From contig NW_003526945.1 of NCBI RefSeq assembly GCF_000181795.1, positions 1,488,796 to 1,552,795 of the forward strand: DNA of 64,000 nucleotides, in the 5' to 3' direction. The position numbers were made by a program, and so were the translations under genes. Below the pieces are notes generated by a model. The model ran no database searches, was not told where the DNA came from, and saw only the letters and a program-made list of their open reading frames with translations. Positions within the stretch are counted from its first letter, which is position 1. Each line of letters opens with the position of its first letter. Shown piece after piece: positions 18,201-30,200 of the stretch. Source of the DNA: Trichinella spiralis. Lineage: Eukaryota.

Positions 18201-21200
18201 TTGTTCCGAAAATTCAACAAATGGAAACTTGGGTGCATGAATTGGAACTTAACTGCAAACCTCGAGTTGGTGAATATTTGCGTGCACGTATGGAAGATAT
18301 CGACTCACGATGGACCGATGTTGTAAGAGTAACCGAGGCGAAGCATGAAAGGTATGAATATTTCCTCAAAATTTGATATCTTTATAATTCTATTTCATCA
18401 TCAATATTATCTTAGATTTATTGTTTGTTTGTTTGTTTGTTTGTTTAACTTTTAGGGGGTTGGGGGAGAAACACTGACGCATTTGTATCATTTGAAAAAT
18501 ATTTTTCCTTCACTTCTGCCATCTTACTCTAAGAACAATAATGTAAATAATAATCAGAGTGCATGGGTTTTTTATTTCCTATTTTTCAGCTTGAATAAAG
18601 CGTACACGCAGAGTAAAGTGATCTTTGACGAAGTGCAACAGTTAACTCAGTGGCTTTGGAGTGTGGAGCAAGAAATACAAACTTTTGGCAATCCATCTTC
18701 CGGTAAAGAACTTCACACCATGATCAAGCAACACAAGGTTTGTAACTTTTTTTTAGAAAATATTTCATTTAAAAAATATTCAATTTACAATTAATTGAAC
18801 ATTGTTTATTTAATTAAGCTTCGCTTAGCATTTTCATTGATTCATTATGGTTGGAATTGAAAAGTGTCTTTGTCTTCAGAATTTGATTGAATGCCCATGT
18901 TGATTGCATGTTAAAATTCCTGTTAAAAATAATAATATATTGGGTATTTCTTTTTTAAATCTATTTTACATGTTTGTGTTCAATTTTATAAAGGTGCCGC
19001 AAGGAGAGTTGTTTCGATTGATAAAATATGTTGGAAGAAGGAGACATATGGAAGGAAAACTTTTGTTGTTGTTGTTGTTCTTGTTGTTCAATGAATGCAT
19101 ATATTTATTGTAATTTATTATAGCAAATTTTGGATGAGTTGCGCAGCAAAGCAGAAATTGTCGAACATGCTGCACTGATGGGCGAGCAGATAGTCGAAGC
19201 AGCAAGCGAGGCTAATGATGCTTCTTTGCAATTGAAGAGGCGATTTTTGAACACACGTGAACAGTGGTCGGCTATATGCCAACAAATGGAAGCCAGATTG
19301 TCCGTTCTGACCGATGCATTTGAATTGTGGAAAGAATTTCAAGGTAATTACTATTTTTTTTCTTCAGTTATTATAATTTAAAAATTGCTTCTTTTATTTT
19401 TTGCAAAAAATCAAAAAAAAATAAAATTTTATTAGAACTAGTGGCTGCTGAAAAAATATCACTTGATCGACTTGAACAGATGCTGAACGAGCCGATGAAA
19501 TCTGCTACAGATGCTGAAGAGTTTTCTGAACAACTTGATGTAACTAACAACAGTTATTTTCCCTTCTATTATTGATTTTTTTTGAAAAAAAACCACACAT
19601 ATTTATGTTAATTTTTTTTTCTGTTGTAAAAATTATGACTTCTTTTTTGAAGGAATTTGAACGTTTGATGGAAGGTAGCGGTGGTCATAATCGTATTATT
19701 GAAATTGCGAACACGTTGAACAATGAAAATTTCCTGTCGAACGCTGTTCGAAACGAATTGGCAAAATATATGGCAAAAAGGGACAAAGTTCTTGAACCAG
19801 TAGAAATGAAAAAATATGAAATTTTCAAATTTCATTTATTAATTGAAATTTATTTCAGGCTAAAGAAAGGCAAAAATTTCTGGAAACCGATGCCCGTGAA
19901 GCGCAAAAAATTGAACAACAGTTGCACGAATGCTTGTCGTGGATTTCACGAGTCGATTTTATCACCAGAGCGCGTTCCGAATGTGATATACTTGCTTCTG
20001 ATATTCCACAAGAGTACAAGGTTGTCTATATTGTTTTTTGTTTTTCATTTTAAGTGAATTTTAAATTAATTTACAAATCACAATTTTAGATGCTTTTTTC
20101 TCGCGGGGAACTTCTATTGGTATGTAATAGGTTTTACACATTTTTAGCATGTAGAATAATGCACATTGCATTCCCTCTCCCATTCGATTATTACTCTCAA
20201 CTTGTTCTACAGTATAATGTTATTGATGTTCAAGTTTGAAATGTTTCCTGTGAACGAAAATGACTGTTAAATAGTTGCATTCGAATTATTCTGCGCATAA
20301 ATAATGATTACCTTTTTTTGCACGCTCGTTGCACATTTTATTTATTTGCACGCTGGTATTCTCTTCGGTATTGTTAAAAGGTCGAACTGATCGTCAGTAG
20401 TGATAATTGTAAAATTGAATAATTAGCCATGATTTATTTGTTAAATTTTCAGTAGTTTCTTTTTTTTCTATTAAACTTGTACTGTGATGTTTTTTTTGGT
20501 TACAAATAAGCAGATTTTTATATAATTTTATCGTTTTATGAAATGCATGTTTGTGAAGAGAAAGAAAGTATAATTTTACTAATGCGAATAATAAACAGGA
20601 AAAAAATATATTTTTTGAACTTCATTATATTGTATTTTAAGAAACTTTATGATGAATTTGACGAACACAAAGAATGCATTTTTGATCTGGAAAAACAAGT
20701 TGCCCAGTATCAGCAGCTTGGTCTGCAACAGGCCGCGGGCAGATTAGCTGAACAGGTCAACCATTTGAAAGTAAATCTTTATAAATATATATCATTTTTT
20801 TCATACTTTTATGTCGAATGTTGAGTAAAAAATATTTTCAGAAACAAATGTGCGATGTACAAAGTAGACTGGAACAGTATAAGCAGCCTAGCGAGCTTGA
20901 TGATCGTTTGAGAAGAGTTGAACGCATTTTGGAAGATTTGGAACAAAGTTTTACTCTTCTCACGGTGGCAACTGATGATTTGGATGAGATTGATCAATTA
21001 TTAGAAAAAGTCGAAGTAAGTATATATTATATTTTAATAATTAACAATGGACATTTTTGCCTATTGAAATTTTTCTCCAGGTAACATTAGAGGCACTCAA
21101 TGAACTGCAATGTGAAATTGACGATTTAAAGGATACGGCGTCGAAACAAAACGCCCGTTCATCTATCGCTTTGGATGATATCGATGATGTCGAAAATCAC

Positions 21201-24200
21201 CTAAAAGCATTCTTTTCAAAGGTGTGAGAATATGCTTTTTAAAAAATACTTTTTTTTTCTAACGTTCATTCACATTTTTGAAACAGCAGTCAATTTTACT
21301 CTAGAATATTTTTAGTAGCTTGGTTGCAGTTTTTTGATAATTTTAAAAAATGGTTAAAAACAAGAAACTGATTAGCTAGAAGAAGAATAATGGAAATTGT
21401 TTTTTTTATTTTTCAATTTTTTAGATCAGTGAAACAAAAGAAAATTTTCAAGAAATTCGACGCATGCTTGCAACGGCTTCTACAAATTTGCAAAATTGCA
21501 ACGAGCTTTTGAATGAAATGGAAACAAATCTGCGCAAATGGGATCCTGAAGACCCGCAAAATTTTGATGAACGTTGCAAAAGATGCTTGGTCAGTAGTAC
21601 TACTACTACTAGTAGTTGGTGGATAGTTTATAATAATAATATATTTTAATGGATTTATTTGCAGAATTATCGTCGAGAAATTTCCAATTGCAATCAGTAT
21701 TTGAAAGAAATGGAGAGTTATGTGAAAAAATTTATGCATCTCACTCAAGGGCAGTCGACGAGCAAATTGGACGGAATTTTGCTTGTTTTTCGAAATCGTA
21801 TAAAAAATTTGACAAACAAACTTGACGAATGGTCAATGGATTATCAGGTAGAATTAATTCGTGTGGAAAAAATGATTGAAAATAATTGTAAAAAATTTCT
21901 TTTTTTATTGATATATGATAGCATTCAAAATTGGAACAAGTAGAGGCGCAGAAAAAATTTTACAATTTGCACGCAGCAGTGTCGTCAATGCTTAATACGG
22001 CTGAAAAAGAAATAACGAGTTCCAATCGTGATTTGAAAGTGCTAAAAGTAATTTTTGTGTTTTTTAAATTTCAAATTATTATAAAATATGGTTTTTTTGT
22101 AATTTTGAATATTTTCGTAGATCCAACTTGCATTGCTTAATTCACATCAGCATCAGTTGCACAGTTGTCTCGAAGCAGCCGCCGGTGCTATTGCTAAAGA
22201 TGCTGACCGTTTGCATATAATCGAAGACGATTCTGGCCATCTACGCAGACGATGGGACAGTTTTATGGAAAAACTAAAAGTAAATATATAATGGTTTTTT
22301 TCTTATTAATGTTCCTTGGTCTAGAAAGGGAAGAGAAAAAAATATTTTCTGTATTATAGTTTTACACGTATCGTGAACGAGAGAGAGAGAGAGAATAATG
22401 AATAATTGAGAAAGAATTTGCAAATTTAGAGCATGACGCGTGCGATGTACAGTAATGTGACGCTTAGGCACAGAAATTATGCGTGTTGAGTTGTTGTTGA
22501 CATTGGTTTTTCTTGGCAATGCAGACATTTTAAAATTAATTCGTAAATTTCAATTGTCCGAGTGTGTTCAACTTTGGAGCGATTTATTGTAAAAATGGTA
22601 AATGAATAGCAGCATCGAAATTGAACAACAGTAATATAATGTGAAATTGTGATTTCATTTATTCTCTGATGACCCGTTGTTCAGAGGGAGAGAAAAGTGT
22701 GCACTGTTGTATAGTTGCTAATAATGCTAATGGATGGTATAATGTTTCTGTGATTTGAGTTCACTTTTGCTCTTTCATATTCAGAAAATTATGATTCATC
22801 ATTCTTGTTTGTTTATTTGTTTTTTTTTATTTAAGGAAGAACTTGCTACACGCAGCTCGTCGACCAGTGAAAGTGATGATCAGGCGAGCATTTCTTTGAG
22901 CATGCTTTTCGGCAAAGATGGTAATAATGGTGATAATGATGAGAGCAATGACGTGTCGATGATAAGCGAAGATACGATACGTGTGGGCTCTTCAACTCCA
23001 GTTGCGTCCGAATCGTCCGATTTCACTGATCGCTTGCTTGTTCAAACTACTGAATTGGCGAAAAGCATCAATTCAGTTGAAGAACTGCTCGGCGCTTCTG
23101 AGCAAGATTTCAAAATGTTGCAAAGCAAAATTGGAGTAAATTTATTATAATTATCGAATATGATGTGATATATGAAAAAAAATTTTAATATTAATTTTAT
23201 TTGTTGTTTTACAGGACGTGTCGAATACCATCGAAGCTTGTTCAACAAACGTGAATCAGTTGTTGCATCAAAGCGAACAGGCGAACAAAATTGAACTGAG
23301 ACCTAACGTGCTTTCAATTGTCAACAAATTGGAACACATGGATTCGAAATTGAAATTGGTTTGTTTGTCCAATACAATATGCAAAATTATACAAATATTT
23401 CAAATTATTGATTATTACTCTGTTTTCTTTTCTCTCTTTTAGCTGGATGGAAAAATTAAAAGTATCATTGAAGCGAATGAACGATTTCAACAACGATATG
23501 ACACTTTGAATAACAATGCAAAAAATTTGCTTTCAAATCTTGTCTTTCTAGAAGTAAGTTGACGACATTTGGAGGAGGAAGGGGGGAGGGGGAGGGGGAA
23601 TTGTTATCTCTTTCTTATCATATACAGATATGGCAATATTTACTTTTTCTACTTTTGATATAAATTTCGAATGCATCATCATCATCATCATCATTAGCAT
23701 GAATTGATTCAAATATTTTCTCACTTTATTTTTTTAGACTATGAATACTGATGAAGTGAAAAATTGTCAAGAAGGATTGACAAATGTGGAAAATTCTCTG
23801 ACTGATTTGTTGGTAACAACCAAAGAAGAGTTTCAACATTTGGATGTTGCTTTTCCTGAATCGTCCGCTGACAGTTTGTACAAGCTTTTGCAACAAGCGC
23901 AAAGCAACATTACCGTCCATGTGAAACAGCTCGAAGAGAAAGCTAATGCAAAAGCCAAAATGGACGCTTTTATTGTTGAATCAGCCAAAGTCAAAGAGGA
24001 ATGTTCAAAATTGGAACGGAAACTGTCCTTATGCCCTGAAAGTGAAAACTTCAGTTTCACCGGTCTTACTGAACGAGAAACTGAATTTCAGGTTAGTTGG
24101 TTTTCTTATTTGTTTAACCTGACAAATTTCTTCATCTCTTAATGCTGCATGTTTGCTTGCTTGCATATGCAAATCATTTTTCCAGTCTCCCTCTCTCCCA

Positions 24201-27200
24201 TTTATCGTTTATTTGTTTTCAAATGGAAAGCATAAGAGAACATCGTACACAGCAGAGAGAGAGAGAGGGGGGGAGATAAAAATTTTATTATGATTTTATA
24301 AAATAGTGCTTTTGTCTGTGTTAACCTGTTTAATAATAACTTCCAATTCAACTTAAACAATCTTATTTTTAAATACTTCTTCAAGTGTTTGGTAAGTAAA
24401 CGGAAAAATTGCACGCAGCATAAAAATAAGGCATTTCAACTTGAACCAACGATCAACGATGCGTAAATACCCACACCATTGTTGGTTGTGTGCTGTGTGA
24501 GAAGCATAATGCTGAAACATACGGGCGTATGGCGCGTATTATATTTTGCAATTTATAATTTCAAATGTGCTTCTTTACTTTAATGCCTAAGCTATTCAAT
24601 TGATGATGTTGATTTAAGGATTTAACTGAAAATGTTGAACAACTTAAAGATCGTATTGGGAAACTGTGGAATTTACATGACAGTGTATCTCATCAATACT
24701 TGGATGAATCGGAACAAGCAAACGTGAAACAAATAGTGGACGAATTGAACATTCATTTGGACAGTTTGGAGAAAACTTACATGGAACATTTCAGGTAATT
24801 TTTTTTTTCACTTACCAAGTAAAATGCGCATATTTCTTTCACAATTGGAAGGAATTTTTCTGTTTTTGTTAAAAAAAATATATATTTAGTCTGTTCCAAG
24901 CAGCTCTGCAACAATGGCAATCACTTCATCAACGTCTGTATTCAGTGATGGCTTGGCTAGAACATGTCGAAAACAGGCTTATTCCATCTATATCCATTAA
25001 TGATCCAGAAGCGACTAAAATAACCGATTCCGTCATGAACGTGAGTTTTAATTTGTCAACTTTCTGCTTTCAAAAATCTTTTCACTTGTGATAATATATA
25101 TGGAACACGTTGACATATTGTCTGTATATTCAGTTTTCTGTTTTTTTTTAATGAAATTAATTCTTTGCTGATAAACATGCATGCTCTTAATCATTACATT
25201 GAGCAGTTTTATATATATTTTTTTAATTAAATTTCTTTTTTTATCTTATCTAATGAAAACTTTTTGCTGGTTTTTTTTCTTGTATAAATATCATCTGATA
25301 TGGTTGATATATATGGTGGGGTTTCACAGCTTGGTACATAGGTGGTTGTTTTTCATTTGTATTTTTCTTCAGTAAATTTCAATTAGCTGATTCTTCTTTC
25401 AACGGTGTGTGAAACACAATTTTTAGGATATTAATAATAGCTGCAAGGAAATTGAAAATATTACTCAAGCGCTGGTGGATATGCAAGACAAATATTCCAA
25501 TTGTTTATCTTCTACTGACGTCAGCTTGCTGAAAGAAAAATTAGAAAAGGCTACGTATCGGCTAAATTCATTAAAAACGAAAATGATCGAAAACAGAAAC
25601 AGGTAGCAGTTGTGTGTCTGTGTGTGTGTGTGTGTATGTGCGTGTTAAGTGTTCCCTTTTCTTTTCCATTTATATATTACAATTGAATTTTTCAATTTTC
25701 GTATTTTTTACATTATTCTCTAATCCACTAGTTGCAATATGTTAATAATTTCAAATTAATTGTTAATTGAACTTTATCATTAGCGGGAATTGTTGTTGGT
25801 GTGTTCTTATTTATGCTTTCATTTATTTATCATTTGAAATGATCTAATGCAGGGATGGGCAAACTTTTTATACCATCGACCCCTTGTGGATTCCATGATG
25901 CCTCATCGACCCACAAGTTTGTGAAATTAATATTATTAATACTAAATTTCTTTATTATAAGTTATTCTTTACCCTTTTTACCTTTACTGATTCTCGATCA
26001 GATTCATTTTACTTTTACGTTCAAATTACCCTTTCTTCGATTTGTATATCTGTTCCTATAATGGCTGTATTCATGTAAATAATAATGTTAATAACTTCAT
26101 GATGAAGTTAAAGGTAGTTGATAATTATTTATTTAACCATTATGATATTTCTTATTGAACTACTTGTCATCGTTAATGAGAAGGAGTTTCAGGCGTAAGT
26201 CACCACGTATTTCCAGGTTCAATCTGTTCCTCTGCTTTGTTCCTTTCTTGTCGTGTCTCTTGATAGTTCATAAAATTATAAATTATTGTTGGAAAATAGT
26301 TCTCCACGAAATAAATTCTTCAAATGGGATTTCAAAGTTCATGTTCGATCCCAAACTTCATCGACCCCCATAGGGTCGATATCGACTACTTTTGCTTGAT
26401 ACCTTTGATCTAATGTGATCAGTGCTATTATCATTACATATTACAATGCGTTTTGTTATCAATGCAAATTAGTAGCATTACAGTTGCACTTTACAATTTG
26501 TCATTGCTTGTTTATTTTATTAATTTCAAAGTTTTTTATTACTGTTGAATAATATAATGTAATATAATGTTGCAGTGCTGCATAAACTGATTGATGATAA
26601 TATTTGGAAAATCATTGCTCAAAAATATCCTTTTGCAGAGTTAAGCATTATGATCTTGAATTGAAAGAAGAAATAGAGGAACTTTTATTTTGGTTTGACG
26701 AATCCGACACTCTTTTTTCGACGTTATGTGATCCAACTGACGCGAAACAGTTGGCCGATTTCAAGCAAAGAATTGAGGTATAATATTTTGACAGCTTTTT
26801 GGAATTAAAGCCAGTCGTCATGCGCTCGTTGGCATCATTGTTTTTCAGGAAAAAAAATCAGAAACAGTCACCAAAGAACAGCAGTTGGAAAGTTTAAGCT
26901 CTGCTGTTGACAACATTGACACTGACAAAGGGATATCAGAAGCTGTGATAATTGATCTCAAAGAAAATGTCGACAGTCTCAAACAGCGCCTTGTTCAAGT
27001 GAGACTTAATTTAAATTAATTTTATTTAATTTATTATAAACAAGTATAGCATTTTTTTGTTTTCATTGAAATCATTTCCAATTTCACTTCGTCAGCAGTG
27101 TTCAGTCACAGAGTTTATTGTTTATGATGATGATGATGATGATTCAGGTAAAGGAAGATGTGGATCAAAAGTTGCAACTTTATGACCAAAAGATAAATCA

Positions 27201-30200
27201 GTGTAATCAATTTTGGGATCAACTCAGACAAATGTCCATTTGGGCTCAAAATATGAAAAATTTATTACTCGAATACAAATCTGCAACTATATACACCCCG
27301 GCGCGTTTCGATCCTGATGTGAGTGAAAATTTCAATAATTGTCATGTTTAAAATTTTTTTACCGACATTTAATATATATATATATAGGCATTGGATGCTG
27401 AGATTAAAAGCAAAAAAGAGGAAATTGAAGATTTTATTGCTTCTTATAATGCAATTCGAGAAGAAGCTGAATTGTCGGATGTGAAATTGTGCAGTTCAAC
27501 TGAGCATGCTGTGAAGCAGTTGTATAACAGCTGGGCCGGAATATTGCGCATGACTGAACTGTTCGAATCGTCTTCACGCAGCACAAGTGAAGAAGACGAA
27601 GGTTTTATTTTATTTTCAAGTCTTGTTGTTGTTGTTGTTTTTAAATATTTAAATTATTAAACTTTGAAATTAAAATTTATTCCAATATTGCAGTAAAAGA
27701 AAGCGAAGCGGAAAGAGCTTTTGCTTTGTTGGAAAAATCAAGTCGTTCTTTGGAACTAGAAAGTGCCCGTTTGAACAATGAAGTCCGATTAGAAAATGAC
27801 GACATCATTGTTCCATCTCTCAGTGAACAAGGTGAAAAGCAGTAATATTTTTATATATGCGCAATCAGTGGTGATTTTTATCGTATTATTTTTTTTCTTT
27901 TCTGGCAACCAATTTAGAATCAATCGGCACCAGTGATATTGCAGATGCAGTTGTTGTACAGCAGGATTCTTCCACTGCACCTGAAACTCAAAGATTAACA
28001 TCAACAGATGCCCCAATATCCCCAATGTTGAATGCTGGAAAAAATCTGCAAGAGCTTATTCGTTGGAGTCATTGGTTGTCCGATATGACACTGGAAAGTG
28101 TTGTATTTTGCAAGTTGCACGATTCAAGTGAAATTCGTGCTGCAATGAAAAAAGAACAAGTTTGTTTTCAATTAAACTTTTTATCTTTTCATAATTTTGT
28201 ATTTTTTTAGTCATTCCTATCGCAGTTGAATGCTAATGAAAAGCATGTTCTAAAAATATTGGAGACGGATCAAAATGTAGACGTACTATTTAAAGGTACG
28301 CAGTGATGATGATGTATTGAATGATGCTTGCTTGGTTTATTATTATTATTATTAAAAATTTATTATTGAAATTTTAGCTGAACTTTTGCACAAAGAATGG
28401 AAAAAGCGTATTACAGAAGTGGAACGACGTCGGATAGAGCTGGTCGAAATGCTGGAAAATTGTCGAACATGGGATGATTTGAGAGTTGAAATTGAAGTTT
28501 TCTTATCAAGTACGGAAAAGAAAATTTCAAGTGCCAAAGTATCCGACGTGCCTATAGACAAGTTGCAAAGAGAGCTCGTTGCTCTTGAGGTGAGTGCAGT
28601 GCTTATAATAATTTCCTTTTTTTTTCTTTTATTATTATTGTTTGTTTTTTTAATTGTGAATGAGCAATTATTATTATTAACAGAAGAACTTTTTCTCTAT
28701 TGCATTTGTTGTCAGACTGATGGAGCTGCTGAAATTCAGTTTATATACGAATATTGCAAATTTTAGATAGAAATTCATTGCATGATTAATTGATGGAATT
28801 GAATTTATTTATACAACTTTTTTTAAAATTAAATATCACATTTATCAAATTCAACTCAGTACTTTAATTTCACACTTGTCTGCTGTTGATTGAAGATGAA
28901 GTTTAGGTAGCGTGAGTGCATCACATGCCTTTTCCAGATGATAAAATTTTTCGAAATGAACTTCATTCATTTCACGGTCACTGATCATTAAAACATTTGG
29001 CAAGACGTTTAGCGTTCTCATTTTGAAGATTTATGACTCATTTTGACTCATACTGAAAGATACAATCTCCAATTGTTGAACGATTGATTTTCTTGGAGCC
29101 ATATGGGCAGGCAGGCAGGCAGACAGACACACAACGTCAGTGTGTTACTCCATGTGTTAATATATTCTACAACGTCAGAAGAATACTTTGTACTGTTATG
29201 ATTTGTCGTTATCGTCTAGTAGATGGAAGTGAATTTTGTAAAAAAATTCCACTTTAATTGTCTTTTTTAAGTGAAACAGTATAATGAGATGATTATGATT
29301 TTTGTGATTTTCTTTTTTCAACATGTATAATTATGGGATAATTGTTATACTGAAAGGCTTGCCTATTTTAGTATCTTTCCGTTTATATTATTATTATTAT
29401 TATTATTATTATTATGTAGTATAGGTATATTTTGTTAAAAAGTAATGAATGAAACATTCGGTAGAATGTTGTTATGCATTTCAATGAGCAAATCATGTTT
29501 TGAATATTTTGTTTTTCTATTTAGCTTTGTGAGAACTGAATTATTGTAGTTTTTCATTTTATTGTAGCTTTCATCTTCGAAAGAGAAAAAAGTAAATTTC
29601 ATTTGACAATTTTTATCACCAGCCAACCTCTAGATAGAGGGGTGCATTACAGGTGCTGTTAGTTCTTTTTGTATGATGGATGGAACTGATGTTAAAAGCA
29701 TTTCGAAGCTTGTTGATTGTTTTTCTGCTTTAGTTATATAGCCGGCATCAGCTTTTACAAATGGATTGTGAACAAACAGAGAATGGCATAATTTAATTTT
29801 GTAAGAGTTGAATATTAGACAATATTTTGTTCAATCAAAAGGAAATAAATAATTTTTTGTCACGTGAAAATTGAGTGTTGACTAGGTGGTAGGTAGGTAT
29901 TCCATTTATGATAGAATGAGGAAATTTGTTTGCTTTTTCTTCAGCTGCACACTACTACTACTAGCTTTTTTATTGACTTTGCTTCTTGAAAGAACTATTC
30001 ATTGTCGGCATGTTTTTAGCAACTGGCCACTGAGATGGATATTTACCGAAAGAAAATGACAGATTTTAACGAAATATCGAATTTCATTGTTGAATCATAC
30101 GTTCATGACGATGCGTCTACGCTGAGCCAGATTACATCAAACATGAATACATTATGGAGCAAAATAAATGACAAGTAAACGACCGTATTATAGATTTATA

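Noticed and set aside
18994..19030. Possible dystrophin micro-exon [12 protein letters not shown]
   Set aside because: The donor is weak and the flanking exons already join in frame with an intact spectrin repeat.
26620..26640. ATATCCTT resembling a U12-type 5' splice site
   Set aside because: It lies in the polypyrimidine tract just before a normal CAG acceptor. No AT-AC or U12 intron was needed in any gene model.
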